From Candidatus Saccharimonadota bacterium (GTDB taxonomy: Bacteria; Patescibacteriota; Microgenomatia; UBA1406; GWC2-37-13): DNA of 32,000 bases. A program made the translations under genes and the position numbers. Below the pieces are notes generated by a model. It ran no database searches and was not told where the DNA came from. It worked only from the letters and a program-made list of their open reading frames with translations. This document shows positions 23,941-32,000 of the stretch, one piece after another. Position 1 is the first letter of the stretch. The number at the start of each line of letters is the position of its first letter. The stretch is taken from assembly GCA_001790095.1 (NCBI GenBank), contig MGBH01000001.1:960001-992000 (forward strand). The letters run 5' to 3'.

Positions 23941-25101
23941 TTATTGATAAGCTTCAAGCGTCACCGTAATCTCCCTTACTTCTTCATTTCTCCATATTTT
24001 TAGTTTCACCACTTCATCCACCCGCATCTGTGCGATACGTGTTGCAAGATCTTGTTTATCAGTGCTTGCAAGTTTCTGACCGTTTAGCTCAACGATTATG
24101 TCTTCTACCTCTATGCCTGCTTTTTGGGCAGGTGAACCATCTACCAATGACTCCACATATGCTCCCTCAGGAAGACTGTTCATAATGGCAGTTTTGCGAT
24201 CAATCATCTGATAACGAATCCCAAGATAGGGCCGTTCAAAGCTTCCTCCTCTTTTTTGAAAATTTGCAAGGAGTTCTTTTACCACGTTAACCGGAATTGC
24301 AAAACCGATGTTTTGCCCCTCTTGAGCTATGGCTGCATTCACCCCAATCACCTCTCCTTTTGAACTAAGAAGCGGGCCCCCTGAATTACCTGGACTTATG
24401 GCAGCATCTGTCTGAATAACACCGTCAAGCTTTTCCACAAACCCTTCATAAGGGGATCCTGCTGTGATCCCTCGTCCTAAACCTGACACAATTCCTGTTG
24501 TCACCGTGTTTTGGAACTCCCCCAAGGGCGTACCTATGGCAATTGCCATCTGTCCTAGTTTTAATTTGCCTGAGTCCCCCATAGGCAAAGCCTTTAATCC
24601 GGATGCGTTAATTTTTAAAATTGCCAAATCATTCAAAGGGTCACGGTATATCTTTTCCACATTGTAAGTCTTGTCACCCTCTGTCAATACTTTATACGTT
24701 GCTTCTGTATCTGACACGACGTGTTTGTTGGTGATGATGAGTCCATCTTCAGAGACTATGAACCCGCTTCCTATATTCCGGTCAATCTTACGCTGTTTTC
24801 CTGGTGTTTGGCGAAATCCCCCAAACGGATTGAATGGGTCAATCTCAATAAATCCCTGGTCTGTCGTGGTCTTCATGATACCGATCGTCACAACTGATGG
24901 AAGTGCCTCTTCAACAACCTTTGTAATGACAGATTCTTCATATACGACTGTCTGTTTCTCTGTATTCAAGCTAAAAGGAAGAGTGTTCTTTTTGGAACCG
25001 CGGCTTAACTGGTCAAGATTGATACTGGGCAAAAGATGATATGTCTGACCAACCGCAACGACTAATAAAAGCGCTGCAAGAAGAAAAAAAACTTTTTTCA
25101 T
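23941..25101 (-). CDS. htrA: HtrA/DegP-family serine protease with a PDZ domain
   Basis: Signal anchor, then the triad blocks GSGFIVSEDGLIITNKHVV, NDLAILKI and GNSGGPLL. A C-terminal PDZ is present (GSPAQKAGIEVEDIIVELNG). Confidence 0.92.
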   Translation of the reverse strand: MKKVFFLLAALLLVVAVGQTYHLLPSINLDQLSRGSKKNTLPFSLNTEKQTVVYEESVITKVVEEALPSVVTIGIMKTTTDQGFIEIDPFNPFGGFRQTPGKQRKIDRNIGSGFIVSEDGLIITNKHVVSDTEATYKVLTEGDKTYNVEKIYRDPLNDLAILKINASGLKALPMGDSGKLKLGQMAIAIGTPLGEFQNTVTTGIVSGLGRGITAGSPYEGFVEKLDGVIQTDAAISPGNSGGPLLSSKGEVIGVNAAIAQEGQNIGFAIPVNVVKELLANFQKRGGSFERPYLGIRYQMIDRKTAIMNSLPEGAYVESLVDGSPAQKAGIEVEDIIVELNGQKLASTDKQDLATRIAQMRVDEVVKLKIWRNEEVREITVTLEAYQ

Positions 25102-25191
25102 ACGTATTTTATAGATTAATTCAATAACGATTAGTTTTATAGATCTATATATTACAAATATTTCTGAAAAAAAGCTGAAAAGCCTTTTTCT

Positions 25192-25264
25192 GTCATCCCC
25201 GTGAAGATCGGGTTCACCCTGAACTTCGGTTCACCGTGAAGGGGACTCAGTCTATAATGACAAT
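25192..25264 (+). repeat. Family B palindromic element (long form) between ctpA and htrA
   Basis: tgtcatccccgtgaag...ccgtgaaggggactcagtctataatgaca has the same ends as the copy at 13164-13222. Confidence 0.8.
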
Positions 25265-25272
25265 AACAATAT

Positions 25273-26544
25273 CTATTTTGTCACTTCCTCGATCGCTCGA
25301 TCAAGCTGTGTATCCATCTCACGAGTAAGCGTATTGCCATCCGGAATCTTCATCTCTATCTTTATTTCCGGCTCAATACCCTTGCTGTTTATCCACTCTC
25401 CGCTTGGCAGTACCCATTTTGCAACCGTAACATGAATACCTGCTCCCTCCCGAAGATCAAGTGCTTCCTGTACTGATCCTTTTCCAAAGGTCTTTTCTCC
25501 GATAAGTTTAGCGCGTTTGTGATCGCGTAGCGCCCCAGACAAGATTTCGGCAGCTGAGGCAGATCCTTTGTTGACCAATATGACAAGCGGAATGTCCATC
25601 AAACTTCCTGTCCTTGCAACGTTGTAGTCTTTGTCACCAAATACTTTTGACTCCTGTCTGACAACCAAGGTACCTTTTGGCAAAAACTCACCAGCCAGAT
25701 ATACAGAGCTTTCAAGATAGCCTCCAGGATTATCACGAAGATCTAAGACCATGCCTTTTATCTCTTTTTTATCCCATGCTGCCTTTATTTCCGCCACCTT
25801 TGCCTCCCATTCATCAACCGTATTTTCTCCAAACTGGTTGAGTTTAAGATACGCAACTGTACCACAGATGGTCCCGCAGTTTTTATTTTTTTCATCAAGC
25901 TTTACCTCAACCGAGTCGACCTTGATCGTATCCCGTACTATTTCTACTTCAAGCTCATTGCCAGATCTTTCAAGCGTCAGTTTTACCTTAGTTCCTTTTT
26001 CTCCCCTAATCTTTGATACCGCTTGAGGCAGTACCCAACCTTTGGTTGATTCGCCGTTAACCTTATTGATAAAATCGCCTGTCTTTACTCCGGCTAGCTC
26101 TGCTGGAGAGTTTTTCAAAGGGGCAACTATCGTAATCCGCCCTGAGGTAAGACCAAGCTGGGCTCCGATTCCTTCAAATCTGCCTCCCAAATCGTCTTTT
26201 GACTGTTTATTTTCTTCAGGCGTAAGAAAGAACGTGTATGGATCTTCAATTGATGCCACCATTCCTTTTATCGCACCATAAAACATTTTTTGGGGGTCAA
26301 GTTTTTTCCGATCTACATATTTCTCCTCTAGTTGATTCCATGTATCCCAAAAAAGGGTGAAGTCGATGTTTTTGAGATTTTTTTCATTTTTGGTTGCTCC
26401 CGGCGTGCTGTTTAAAATACTGTAGCTTGGTCTTTCGATTTTTCCCTTTGCTGTCTGATACTCGCCTAGTTTATATCCTGAACCAAAAAGAAAGATGATG
26501 GCAGATAAAATAAGAAGGATGTTTGTTATTTTTGGTCTTGTCAT
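25273..26544 (-). CDS. ctpA: Carboxy-terminal processing protease (peptidase S41)
   Basis: FEGIGAQL, PDZ (SPAELAGVKTGDFINKVNG), LDLRDNPGGYL, VNKGSASAAEILSGAL, KTFGKGSVQ. Confidence 0.92.
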   Translation of the reverse strand: MTRPKITNILLILSAIIFLFGSGYKLGEYQTAKGKIERPSYSILNSTPGATKNEKNLKNIDFTLFWDTWNQLEEKYVDRKKLDPQKMFYGAIKGMVASIEDPYTFFLTPEENKQSKDDLGGRFEGIGAQLGLTSGRITIVAPLKNSPAELAGVKTGDFINKVNGESTKGWVLPQAVSKIRGEKGTKVKLTLERSGNELEVEIVRDTIKVDSVEVKLDEKNKNCGTICGTVAYLKLNQFGENTVDEWEAKVAEIKAAWDKKEIKGMVLDLRDNPGGYLESSVYLAGEFLPKGTLVVRQESKVFGDKDYNVARTGSLMDIPLVILVNKGSASAAEILSGALRDHKRAKLIGEKTFGKGSVQEALDLREGAGIHVTVAKWVLPSGEWINSKGIEPEIKIEMKIPDGNTLTREMDTQLDRAIEEVTK

Positions 26545-26555
26545 GAATTATGGCC

Positions 26556-27269
26556 TTAATGATAAAACACTATTTTACCTGTTTTGTTATCAACAAAACA
26601 ATAGGGAAGTTTGAGTTTCACTGCGTCTTTGTATTCTTTAATCTGTTTAAATAGAGCATGTGGACTATCGGTATGCTCCAGTAATTGGTGCAAAGTAACA
26701 AATCCTTTCGCTCCAAGCGCTTCAAGCTTAATCTGACCGTATCCTGATATGGTCTCAGCTACTATGATGTAACCATTCACAAGCTCTTCATATAGAGTCT
26801 CACTATGTTCCATATAAAATACTTTACCTCCAAAAGAAGAAGTCATCTCTTTTCCTTCATACTCCTTCCCACTCCCCACCTTAAGTAAAACCTCTTCCTT
26901 TTTAAGCTCTGTTACTTCACCTTTAAAATAAGATTTCGTCACCATTTCATCTTGTGTTGAAACCTCAATAAGTATTGAGCCGTCTATATGATTTACTTCC
27001 TTGAGCACCCCGCTGTGCTCGCTTTTATAACGACGGCCTGACATAAAGGATTTTTTTTCAGCGATTACTTCTCCTGCCGTGACCGACTCCCCAACTAATT
27101 TTTTTAGATACTGGAAAATCTTCTTTGGTGATACATCAATTTTTTGACTTATGAATATTTTTATCTCTTTCTGTATTTTTTCTCCAAAAAGTGGTGTATC
27201 AAAATCCACTTTTTGACCTTGTTTGATAAGCGGTTTACCAGTACCCGGAAGCGGGATAGAAAGAATCAT
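26556..27269 (-). CDS. Hypothetical protein
   Basis: 237 aa and soluble, tightly coupled to ctpA (11-nt gap). No motif recognised. Confidence 0.5.
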   Translation of the reverse strand: MILSIPLPGTGKPLIKQGQKVDFDTPLFGEKIQKEIKIFISQKIDVSPKKIFQYLKKLVGESVTAGEVIAEKKSFMSGRRYKSEHSGVLKEVNHIDGSILIEVSTQDEMVTKSYFKGEVTELKKEEVLLKVGSGKEYEGKEMTSSFGGKVFYMEHSETLYEELVNGYIIVAETISGYGQIKLEALGAKGFVTLHQLLEHTDSPHALFKQIKEYKDAVKLKLPYCFVDNKTGKIVFYH

Positions 27270-27293
27270 GTATTTATTATACGGTATCTTAAT

Positions 27294-27385
27294 ATAAGTA
27301 GTAAGTAGAAAGTAGCAAGTATAAAGTTTTTAAAAAAAGAGTGATCGTCTATACTTACTACTTTATACCTTATACTAACTACTAG
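27294..27385. repeat. Family C AGTA-word inverted repeat downstream of rpsR
   Basis: aagtagtaagta (27296-27307) is the perfect reverse complement of tacttactactt (27352-27363). Further agtataaag/ctttatac pairing is present. Confidence 0.6.
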
Positions 27386-27387
27386 TC

Positions 27388-27597
27388 TTAGCGCATTCCC
27401 TGGTAAGACACAAAGGGTAAAAGAGAAAGGAAGCGTGCATACTTTATGTGCTTGGTAAGCAGACGCTGGTGTTTTGCACAGACTCCTGACCTCTCACGGT
27501 TTATGATCTTTTTTCGTGGAGACAGGAACTTCTCAAGATTGTCAACTTCCTTATAGCTTGGCGTGGCCTTGAATTCGCAAAAAAAACATTTTGTCAT
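27388..27597 (-). CDS. rpsR: 30S ribosomal protein S18
   Basis: CFFC...YKEVDNLEKFLSPRKKI..R..SGVCAKHQR.L...IK.AR.L.LLP, within the conserved rpsF-ssb-rpsR order. Confidence 0.9.
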   Translation of the reverse strand: MTKCFFCEFKATPSYKEVDNLEKFLSPRKKIINRERSGVCAKHQRLLTKHIKYARFLSLLPFVSYQGMR

Positions 27598-27637
27598 AGT
27601 CTATATTTTATAACTTTCAACCTTATAACTTTATAAC

Positions 27638-28099
27638 TTAAAATGGTATATCTTCTGGATTAACTGATTCGTCTTGTTTTGTTTCTTCTTGAGGTGGAGC
27701 CGCAACTTGCTCTGAAACAGTCTCTGGAGGAGCTTTTGCCCCTTCAACTACACCCATCCTCTTTCCATCACCAAATACGATAAAGTCATCCATCACTATT
27801 TCTGCAACGGTTCGTTGTTGATTATCTTTTCCAATAAAACTACGATACGTAATCCTGCCTTCAAGATAGATTTTTCTTCCTTTGGAAAGCAATTTGCCAC
27901 AAAGTTCAGCCAACTTCTGCCAAGCGACTATGCGATGATATTGGACGTCTTCTTTTGTTTGACCGTCCTGCGTGGTCCAGCTTCTGTTGGTTGCAACTCC
28001 AAAAGTACAAACAGCTGTCCCATTGGGAGTGTATTTGAGTTCTGGATCGCGAGTGAGATTGCCGATGAGGATCACACGGTTCAAAGATCTACTTGCCAT
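27638..28099 (-). CDS. ssb: Single-stranded DNA-binding protein
   Basis: OB fold NRVILIGNLTRDPELKYTPNGTAVCTFGVATNR, and an acidic C-terminal tip ending EDIPF. Confidence 0.92.
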   Translation of the reverse strand: MASRSLNRVILIGNLTRDPELKYTPNGTAVCTFGVATNRSWTTQDGQTKEDVQYHRIVAWQKLAELCGKLLSKGRKIYLEGRITYRSFIGKDNQQRTVAEIVMDDFIVFGDGKRMGVVEGAKAPPETVSEQVAAPPQEETKQDESVNPEDIPF

Positions 28100-28106
28100 A
28101 TTGCTC

Positions 28107-28367
28107 TTATTCAGAAACTAATAATAGATATCTGATTAGTTTCTCGTTATAATTTAATTTCTTGCGGAGTTCCGCAACTTTTGTCTTTTTTATATCTAGT
28201 TTCCAGTGGTAAAAAGAGGCTGAGTAATGCTTTTTGATAGGGTAGATAAGGCTTTTTTTTCCCCATGCGCTTTCTTCATTTACCTTGCCGCCTTGTGCCA
28301 CGATTAGTTCTTTGATAACGCTTAGTTCTTTTTCTTCGTTTAGAAGAAAGGTGAATTCGTATGTCAT
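28107..28367 (-). CDS. rpsF: 30S ribosomal protein S6
   Basis: YEFTFLL start, ...WGKKSLIYPIKK....YHW, and its position upstream of ssb and rpsR. Confidence 0.85.
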   Translation of the reverse strand: MTYEFTFLLNEEKELSVIKELIVAQGGKVNEESAWGKKSLIYPIKKHYSASFYHWKLDIKKTKVAELRKKLNYNEKLIRYLLLVSE

Positions 28368-28447
28368 AAAAAGTGTTTAAGTCGTACTAACAATCTTAAA
28401 TTGTATTCGTATATAATACTCTGGAGGCGAATAAAATGCAAGCGGAA

Positions 28448-30589
28448 TTAGTATGATGAAAGTGATTCAAGTTTTGTCCTTAACGCATCAAGTTGACCTT
28501 CCTCAGGAATACTACCTAGATTAGCTATACTGCCTTGTAATTTTGTAATTGCCCTATCTACTTCATCTATTGCAAGTTGGGCTTCCTGTATTTGTCTTGT
28601 TTTTTGCTCGAGACTTAATCCCGTTTGAATACCCAAAAATCTTCTTCCAACCTGGGCTGATTCTACAGTCTTAAGCTGTTCTTTTAATTGCTCAAGAACG
28701 GCCGCCTGTTCTGCAATTTGACCTGAAAGATTATTCTGTTGCTCTGTTTTTACACTACGTTCCTCCGCTTGTTTACTTAAAGTGGAATCTGTGCTTTCTT
28801 TTTGAGCGGTTATTATTGCGTCAACTACGTTTCTTTTTTCTCCATCTAATTTTCTTGTCTCTTCTTGTACTCCTTCATAAATTCTTCCTTGAACCCGAAG
28901 ATCTTCTCCTCGTTGGAGTTCATAATTTCCTTCAAGAAATGATTCAGGATCTTCATCAAAAAAGGCTTTAATCGCCTTATGGACTCTTTCCATATTTTCT
29001 TCCGCAAGATACTCTTCTTTTATGCCAAATTCTTGAGATAACACTTTTTTGTAGTAACTTTCTTTATCGGTTAACGTATAGCCTTCTTTATTGTCGCCCG
29101 AAACAAGTGATTCAATATAGTAATAAGCAGGCAATAATTTTGTAGCAAGTCGTGATTTATGTCTTGTTAATTGGCCAGGTTCTCTAAATTTACTTGCCCA
29201 TGCGGTTGCCATAGATCCAAGAATTCCTCCTTGAGGATTTTCAATGATTTTGACCAAATGGATAAAATTAAAAGAGTTTGGGTCATCGGTTAAAGCGCGA
29301 TCCATTTGAAACAATTGAGTATTATCTATCTTTGCTCTTTTAGCATCAAAACTCATGTCTACTCCTTTTGTTGCTAGGCCTAAATTTTCAAATTCGTTCC
29401 ATTCAGCAATGTCACCATGTCTTTGATTTTTCCAAAAATCATAAGTTCCAAGCGCTTTTTGTTTAAGCTCTGAAGTATAACTTCCTACTGAAAATTCTGA
29501 ATACATACGACGAGTCAATTCTCCAGCAATAGAATTAGCAACCTCTGCCTGAAATACATTTCCTATACGAGTATCTATGCTTTCTGCTACATTTTCCCGT
29601 GTTAAAGATCTGCTTTCAACCATATTATCGACCATTTGTTCAAGAGCCTGATCTTCTAGTTCATTTTTTCTGGATTGTGTATCGCTTATCCGCTGAGAAG
29701 CAATCCATCTATCTCTCCTCGCTCGTACTATACCGGCCAATTTTTTATCATATTGTGTCTTAATGCTATCCACACCTCCATAATTTGCCATTTCTGCAAA
29801 ACGACCCTCGCCTATACAGCTAAAAGTGGCAGTCATCTTTTCTTTGTCGCTGTCTTGAAGAAGCCCCTCTCTATCCAACTTATCAAGTGTCTGTTCAAGA
29901 ATATTAAAATACCTATCCACAGTCCCCACATTACGTTTGACAGCTTCCGCTACAATATCAACAATAACACCATAATCTTTATAGGCAACAGCGGTTAAAA
30001 TGGCTGCGTCAATTGCATAATGACAATTCTGTTTTTCTGATTCAACTATCTTTGACACCACATCTTTCCCTACAGCCTTTGTATCTAATAACTTATCTCC
30101 TTGAAACCCCTTAGGAAAAAGATGTTCTATCACATGTCCTGCTGCTTGAGGAATCAGTTTATCAGAATAAGAGTCTGAATATCCATGTCCGGCAGCTCCA
30201 AATAGTGCTTGAAGGTAAGTTATTTCTACTGGGGGAGGTGACCATCCGATTTTCCACCCATATTTATCCAAGGCAGGAATTGCGGAGATAAAGTTTCTTG
30301 AGAGATAAGGTAGTTCTGTCTCCTTCTTCGTTGCATATACTTGAAGTTTTGCCAACCATTGCTCTTGTGACAGAGAGGTTTTACTTGTCTCTGCGTCACC
30401 TACTCGTTGATTTGCTGGATTGTCCTCTGGCATATACTGCCACCCATGCAGTTCTCTACTTAATGAAGGAGGAATATTTACTTCAAGACCTAGATGCAAT
30501 CTACGCTGAGTCTCTATTTTCAAAGCTTGAGGACCCATCTGAGATCGATCTACTAGATTAGAAGGAGAAACTTCGTTTTGAACAGTCAT
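28448..30589 (-). CDS. Large hypothetical protein with a C-terminal coiled coil (orphan)
   Basis: 713 aa with no signal peptide or TM. The last roughly 130 aa are heptad-like and Gln/Glu/Leu-rich (LSGQIAEQAAVLEQLKEQLKTVESAQ ... IQEAQLAIDEVDRAITKLQGSIANL). The long clean ORF argues that it is real. Confidence 0.65.
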   Translation of the reverse strand: MTVQNEVSPSNLVDRSQMGPQALKIETQRRLHLGLEVNIPPSLSRELHGWQYMPEDNPANQRVGDAETSKTSLSQEQWLAKLQVYATKKETELPYLSRNFISAIPALDKYGWKIGWSPPPVEITYLQALFGAAGHGYSDSYSDKLIPQAAGHVIEHLFPKGFQGDKLLDTKAVGKDVVSKIVESEKQNCHYAIDAAILTAVAYKDYGVIVDIVAEAVKRNVGTVDRYFNILEQTLDKLDREGLLQDSDKEKMTATFSCIGEGRFAEMANYGGVDSIKTQYDKKLAGIVRARRDRWIASQRISDTQSRKNELEDQALEQMVDNMVESRSLTRENVAESIDTRIGNVFQAEVANSIAGELTRRMYSEFSVGSYTSELKQKALGTYDFWKNQRHGDIAEWNEFENLGLATKGVDMSFDAKRAKIDNTQLFQMDRALTDDPNSFNFIHLVKIIENPQGGILGSMATAWASKFREPGQLTRHKSRLATKLLPAYYYIESLVSGDNKEGYTLTDKESYYKKVLSQEFGIKEEYLAEENMERVHKAIKAFFDEDPESFLEGNYELQRGEDLRVQGRIYEGVQEETRKLDGEKRNVVDAIITAQKESTDSTLSKQAEERSVKTEQQNNLSGQIAEQAAVLEQLKEQLKTVESAQVGRRFLGIQTGLSLEQKTRQIQEAQLAIDEVDRAITKLQGSIANLGSIPEEGQLDALRTKLESLSSY

Positions 30590-30678
30590 ATTGTTTCACT
30601 AATAGTATTACAAAAGTTTAAAACCGTCAAGTTACCAAGTTATATACTAGATATATTCATATTTTGTACAATATCTCT

Positions 30679-32000
30679 ATGTTTAAAAAGTTCCCCCTTA
30701 TTTTTTTGTGTGTACTTCTCTTTTATACCCGCTTTGTTGGTCTAGACTGGGGGTTGCCATACCCTATGCATCCTGATGAACGCAATATGGCCGTCGCAGT
30801 TCAGCAACTTACCTGTAAAGGGTTGGGGCCAATCGCCTATCTCCAACCGCTAACCGAATGTCTGAATCCTCACTTTTTTGCGTATGGACAGTTTCCGATC
30901 TATCTTGCATATTTTGGCATACTCATATTCCATTTTTTGCAAGGCATAAAAGCTCCTCCTGGTTTTATTGAGGCTACGATGGCTTTGCGAACAATCTCGG
31001 CATTAGCCTCAGTAGCAAATGCTTTTGTATTGTTTCGTATCATCGAATTTTCAATTTTAGATTTTCAATTTTCAAACAAATCTCATTCTAAAAATTCAAA
31101 AAATAAAAAATTGAATGAAAATTGGTTATTGAAAATTGGTTCATTCCTGGTCTTGATATTCTCTCCTTACTTCATCCAATTCTCCCATTTTGGTACCACC
31201 GAGTCACTTCTTATGCTCTTTTATTCTTTCATCATTTACGAATGCATCAAGCTCATTCAGAACAAAAACCTAAACACTAACTACTATCTACTAGCTACTA
31301 TTTCAGGAATTGCAATCGCCACAAAAGTTTCCTCCGTACTGTTTTTAGCCGTACCTGTCGTGTTTATAGGTATAAAAACAGGTTTGAGAAGTCTAACTGT
31401 ACTCTTTACTCTTTCCCGCTTTATTCTTCTTACCATGCTCGTCTCTATCATCTTTTCTCCCCACAACATCATCTCCCTTGAAGAGTTTGCGGGCTCGATG
31501 AACTATGAATCAGCGGTGGCAATCGGAAGCTATGTTGCCTTTTACACCAAACAGTTTGTCAATGCTCCCCCCCTTATATTTCAACTGACTAAGATTTTCC
31601 CTTTTGTATTGGGTTGGCCTCAATTTATATTGTCTGTCCTTGGTCTTCTTGTCTTATCATGGAGAGATAAAAGGATAAACGTGCTTCGATTTGCTTTTAT
31701 CGTTTTTTTTCTTCCGAATGCGTTTGTATTTGCAAAATGGACACGATTTATGACGCCTATTTTCCCGATTTTAAGCTTATTTACAATTCTCACACTTTGC
31801 AAACTTCTTAAAGTTTTCCAAAACAAATTCTCAATTATCAATGATCAATTTTCAATCATTTATCGAAAACTGAAAATTGAACGTTGGAGGTGTATTGAAA
31901 ATTGGAAATTGAAAATTGATCATTCTATAGTTTTTATATTAATCACTATAGTAATTCTCCCCGGTATCGCATACCTTTCTATCTACCAAACACCTGATGT
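30679..32000 (+). CDS. GT39/ArnT/PMT-like polytopic membrane glycosyltransferase; partial, continuing beyond the window end
   Basis: Absent from the track because it has no stop in the window. My translation from the ATG at 30679 gives MFKKFPLIFLCVLLFYTRFVGLDWGLPYPMHPDERNMAVA..., followed by many TM helices. Two in-frame repeat inserts encode IEFSILDFQFSNKSHSKNSKNKKLNENWLLKIGS and FSIINDQFSIIYRKLKIERWRCIENWKLKIDH. Confidence 0.8.
   Translation, partial: MFKKFPLIFLCVLLFYTRFVGLDWGLPYPMHPDERNMAVAVQQLTCKGLGPIAYLQPLTECLNPHFFAYGQFPIYLAYFGILIFHFLQGIKAPPGFIEATMALRTISALASVANAFVLFRIIEFSILDFQFSNKSHSKNSKNKKLNENWLLKIGSFLVLIFSPYFIQFSHFGTTESLLMLFYSFIIYECIKLIQNKNLNTNYYLLATISGIAIATKVSSVLFLAVPVVFIGIKTGLRSLTVLFTLSRFILLTMLVSIIFSPHNIISLEEFAGSMNYESAVAIGSYVAFYTKQFVNAPPLIFQLTKIFPFVLGWPQFILSVLGLLVLSWRDKRINVLRFAFIVFFLPNAFVFAKWTRFMTPIFPILSLFTILTLCKLLKVFQNKFSIINDQFSIIYRKLKIERWRCIENWKLKIDHSIVFILITIVILPGIAYLSIYQTPD
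31045..31142 (-). repeat. Family A element inside the GT39 gene, in frame, antisense orientation relative to the gene
   Basis: The reverse complement starts tgaaccaattttcaataacc and ends ttgaaaattgaaaatctaaaattgaaaattc. This matches the start and tail of the 3099 and 4959 copies. Confidence 0.75.
31827..31924 (+). repeat. Family A element inside the GT39 gene, in frame, sense orientation
   Basis: The segment caattatcaatgatcaattttcaatca ... ctgaaaattga ... ttgaaaattggaaattgaaaattgatca compares with caattttcaatgatcaattatcaatca at 4965-4990. Confidence 0.8.

Noticed and set aside
27601-27637. The ttataactt word repeats between ssb and rpsR, as a further copy of the family C element
   Set aside because: Only short low-complexity words are shared (ttataac and ctttata), which cannot be distinguished from AT-rich background by eye.

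Overview
This is an AT-rich, gene-dense bacterial window. I call 35 CDS and find no rRNA, tRNA or CRISPR array. The gene content fits a Patescibacteria/CPR-like genome: a reduced housekeeping set, many orphan membrane or secreted proteins, and extra segments inside conserved enzymes. That lineage assignment is inference only.

Housekeeping genes:
- a sugar-phosphate transferase (partial) and rho
- a three-gene ABC-2 transporter (two permeases plus an ATPase)
- fmt, tgt and queA
- a GT4 glycosyltransferase and TatD
- HtrA and a CtpA (S41) protease
- the rpsF-ssb-rpsR operon
- a GT39/PMT-like membrane glycosyltransferase (partial)

The accessory-looking part runs from about 13.0 to 20.2 kb:
- a small GIY-YIG nuclease gene bracketed by inverted copies of a GC-core palindromic element
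- a roughly 145-nt nested-stem structure
- a visibly GC-richer lipoprotein gene, the only gene here with a canonical AAGGAG ribosome-binding site
- a minus-strand operon: orphan, thyA, folA, DUF1599-like, orphan
- a second operon pairing an orphan CxDxR/CGH protein with a dCTP-deaminase-fold protein that, by eye, lacks the catalytic Glu and Asp

The most unusual signal directly visible in the sequence is two, possibly three, families of short palindromic repeats. They sit between genes and also in frame inside conserved genes (tgt, fmt, the GT39 gene twice, and possibly thyA). This resembles Rickettsia palindromic elements.

I found no recognisable defence system, toxin-antitoxin pair, integrase or transposase. 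Every functional proposal for the orphans is a hypothesis.
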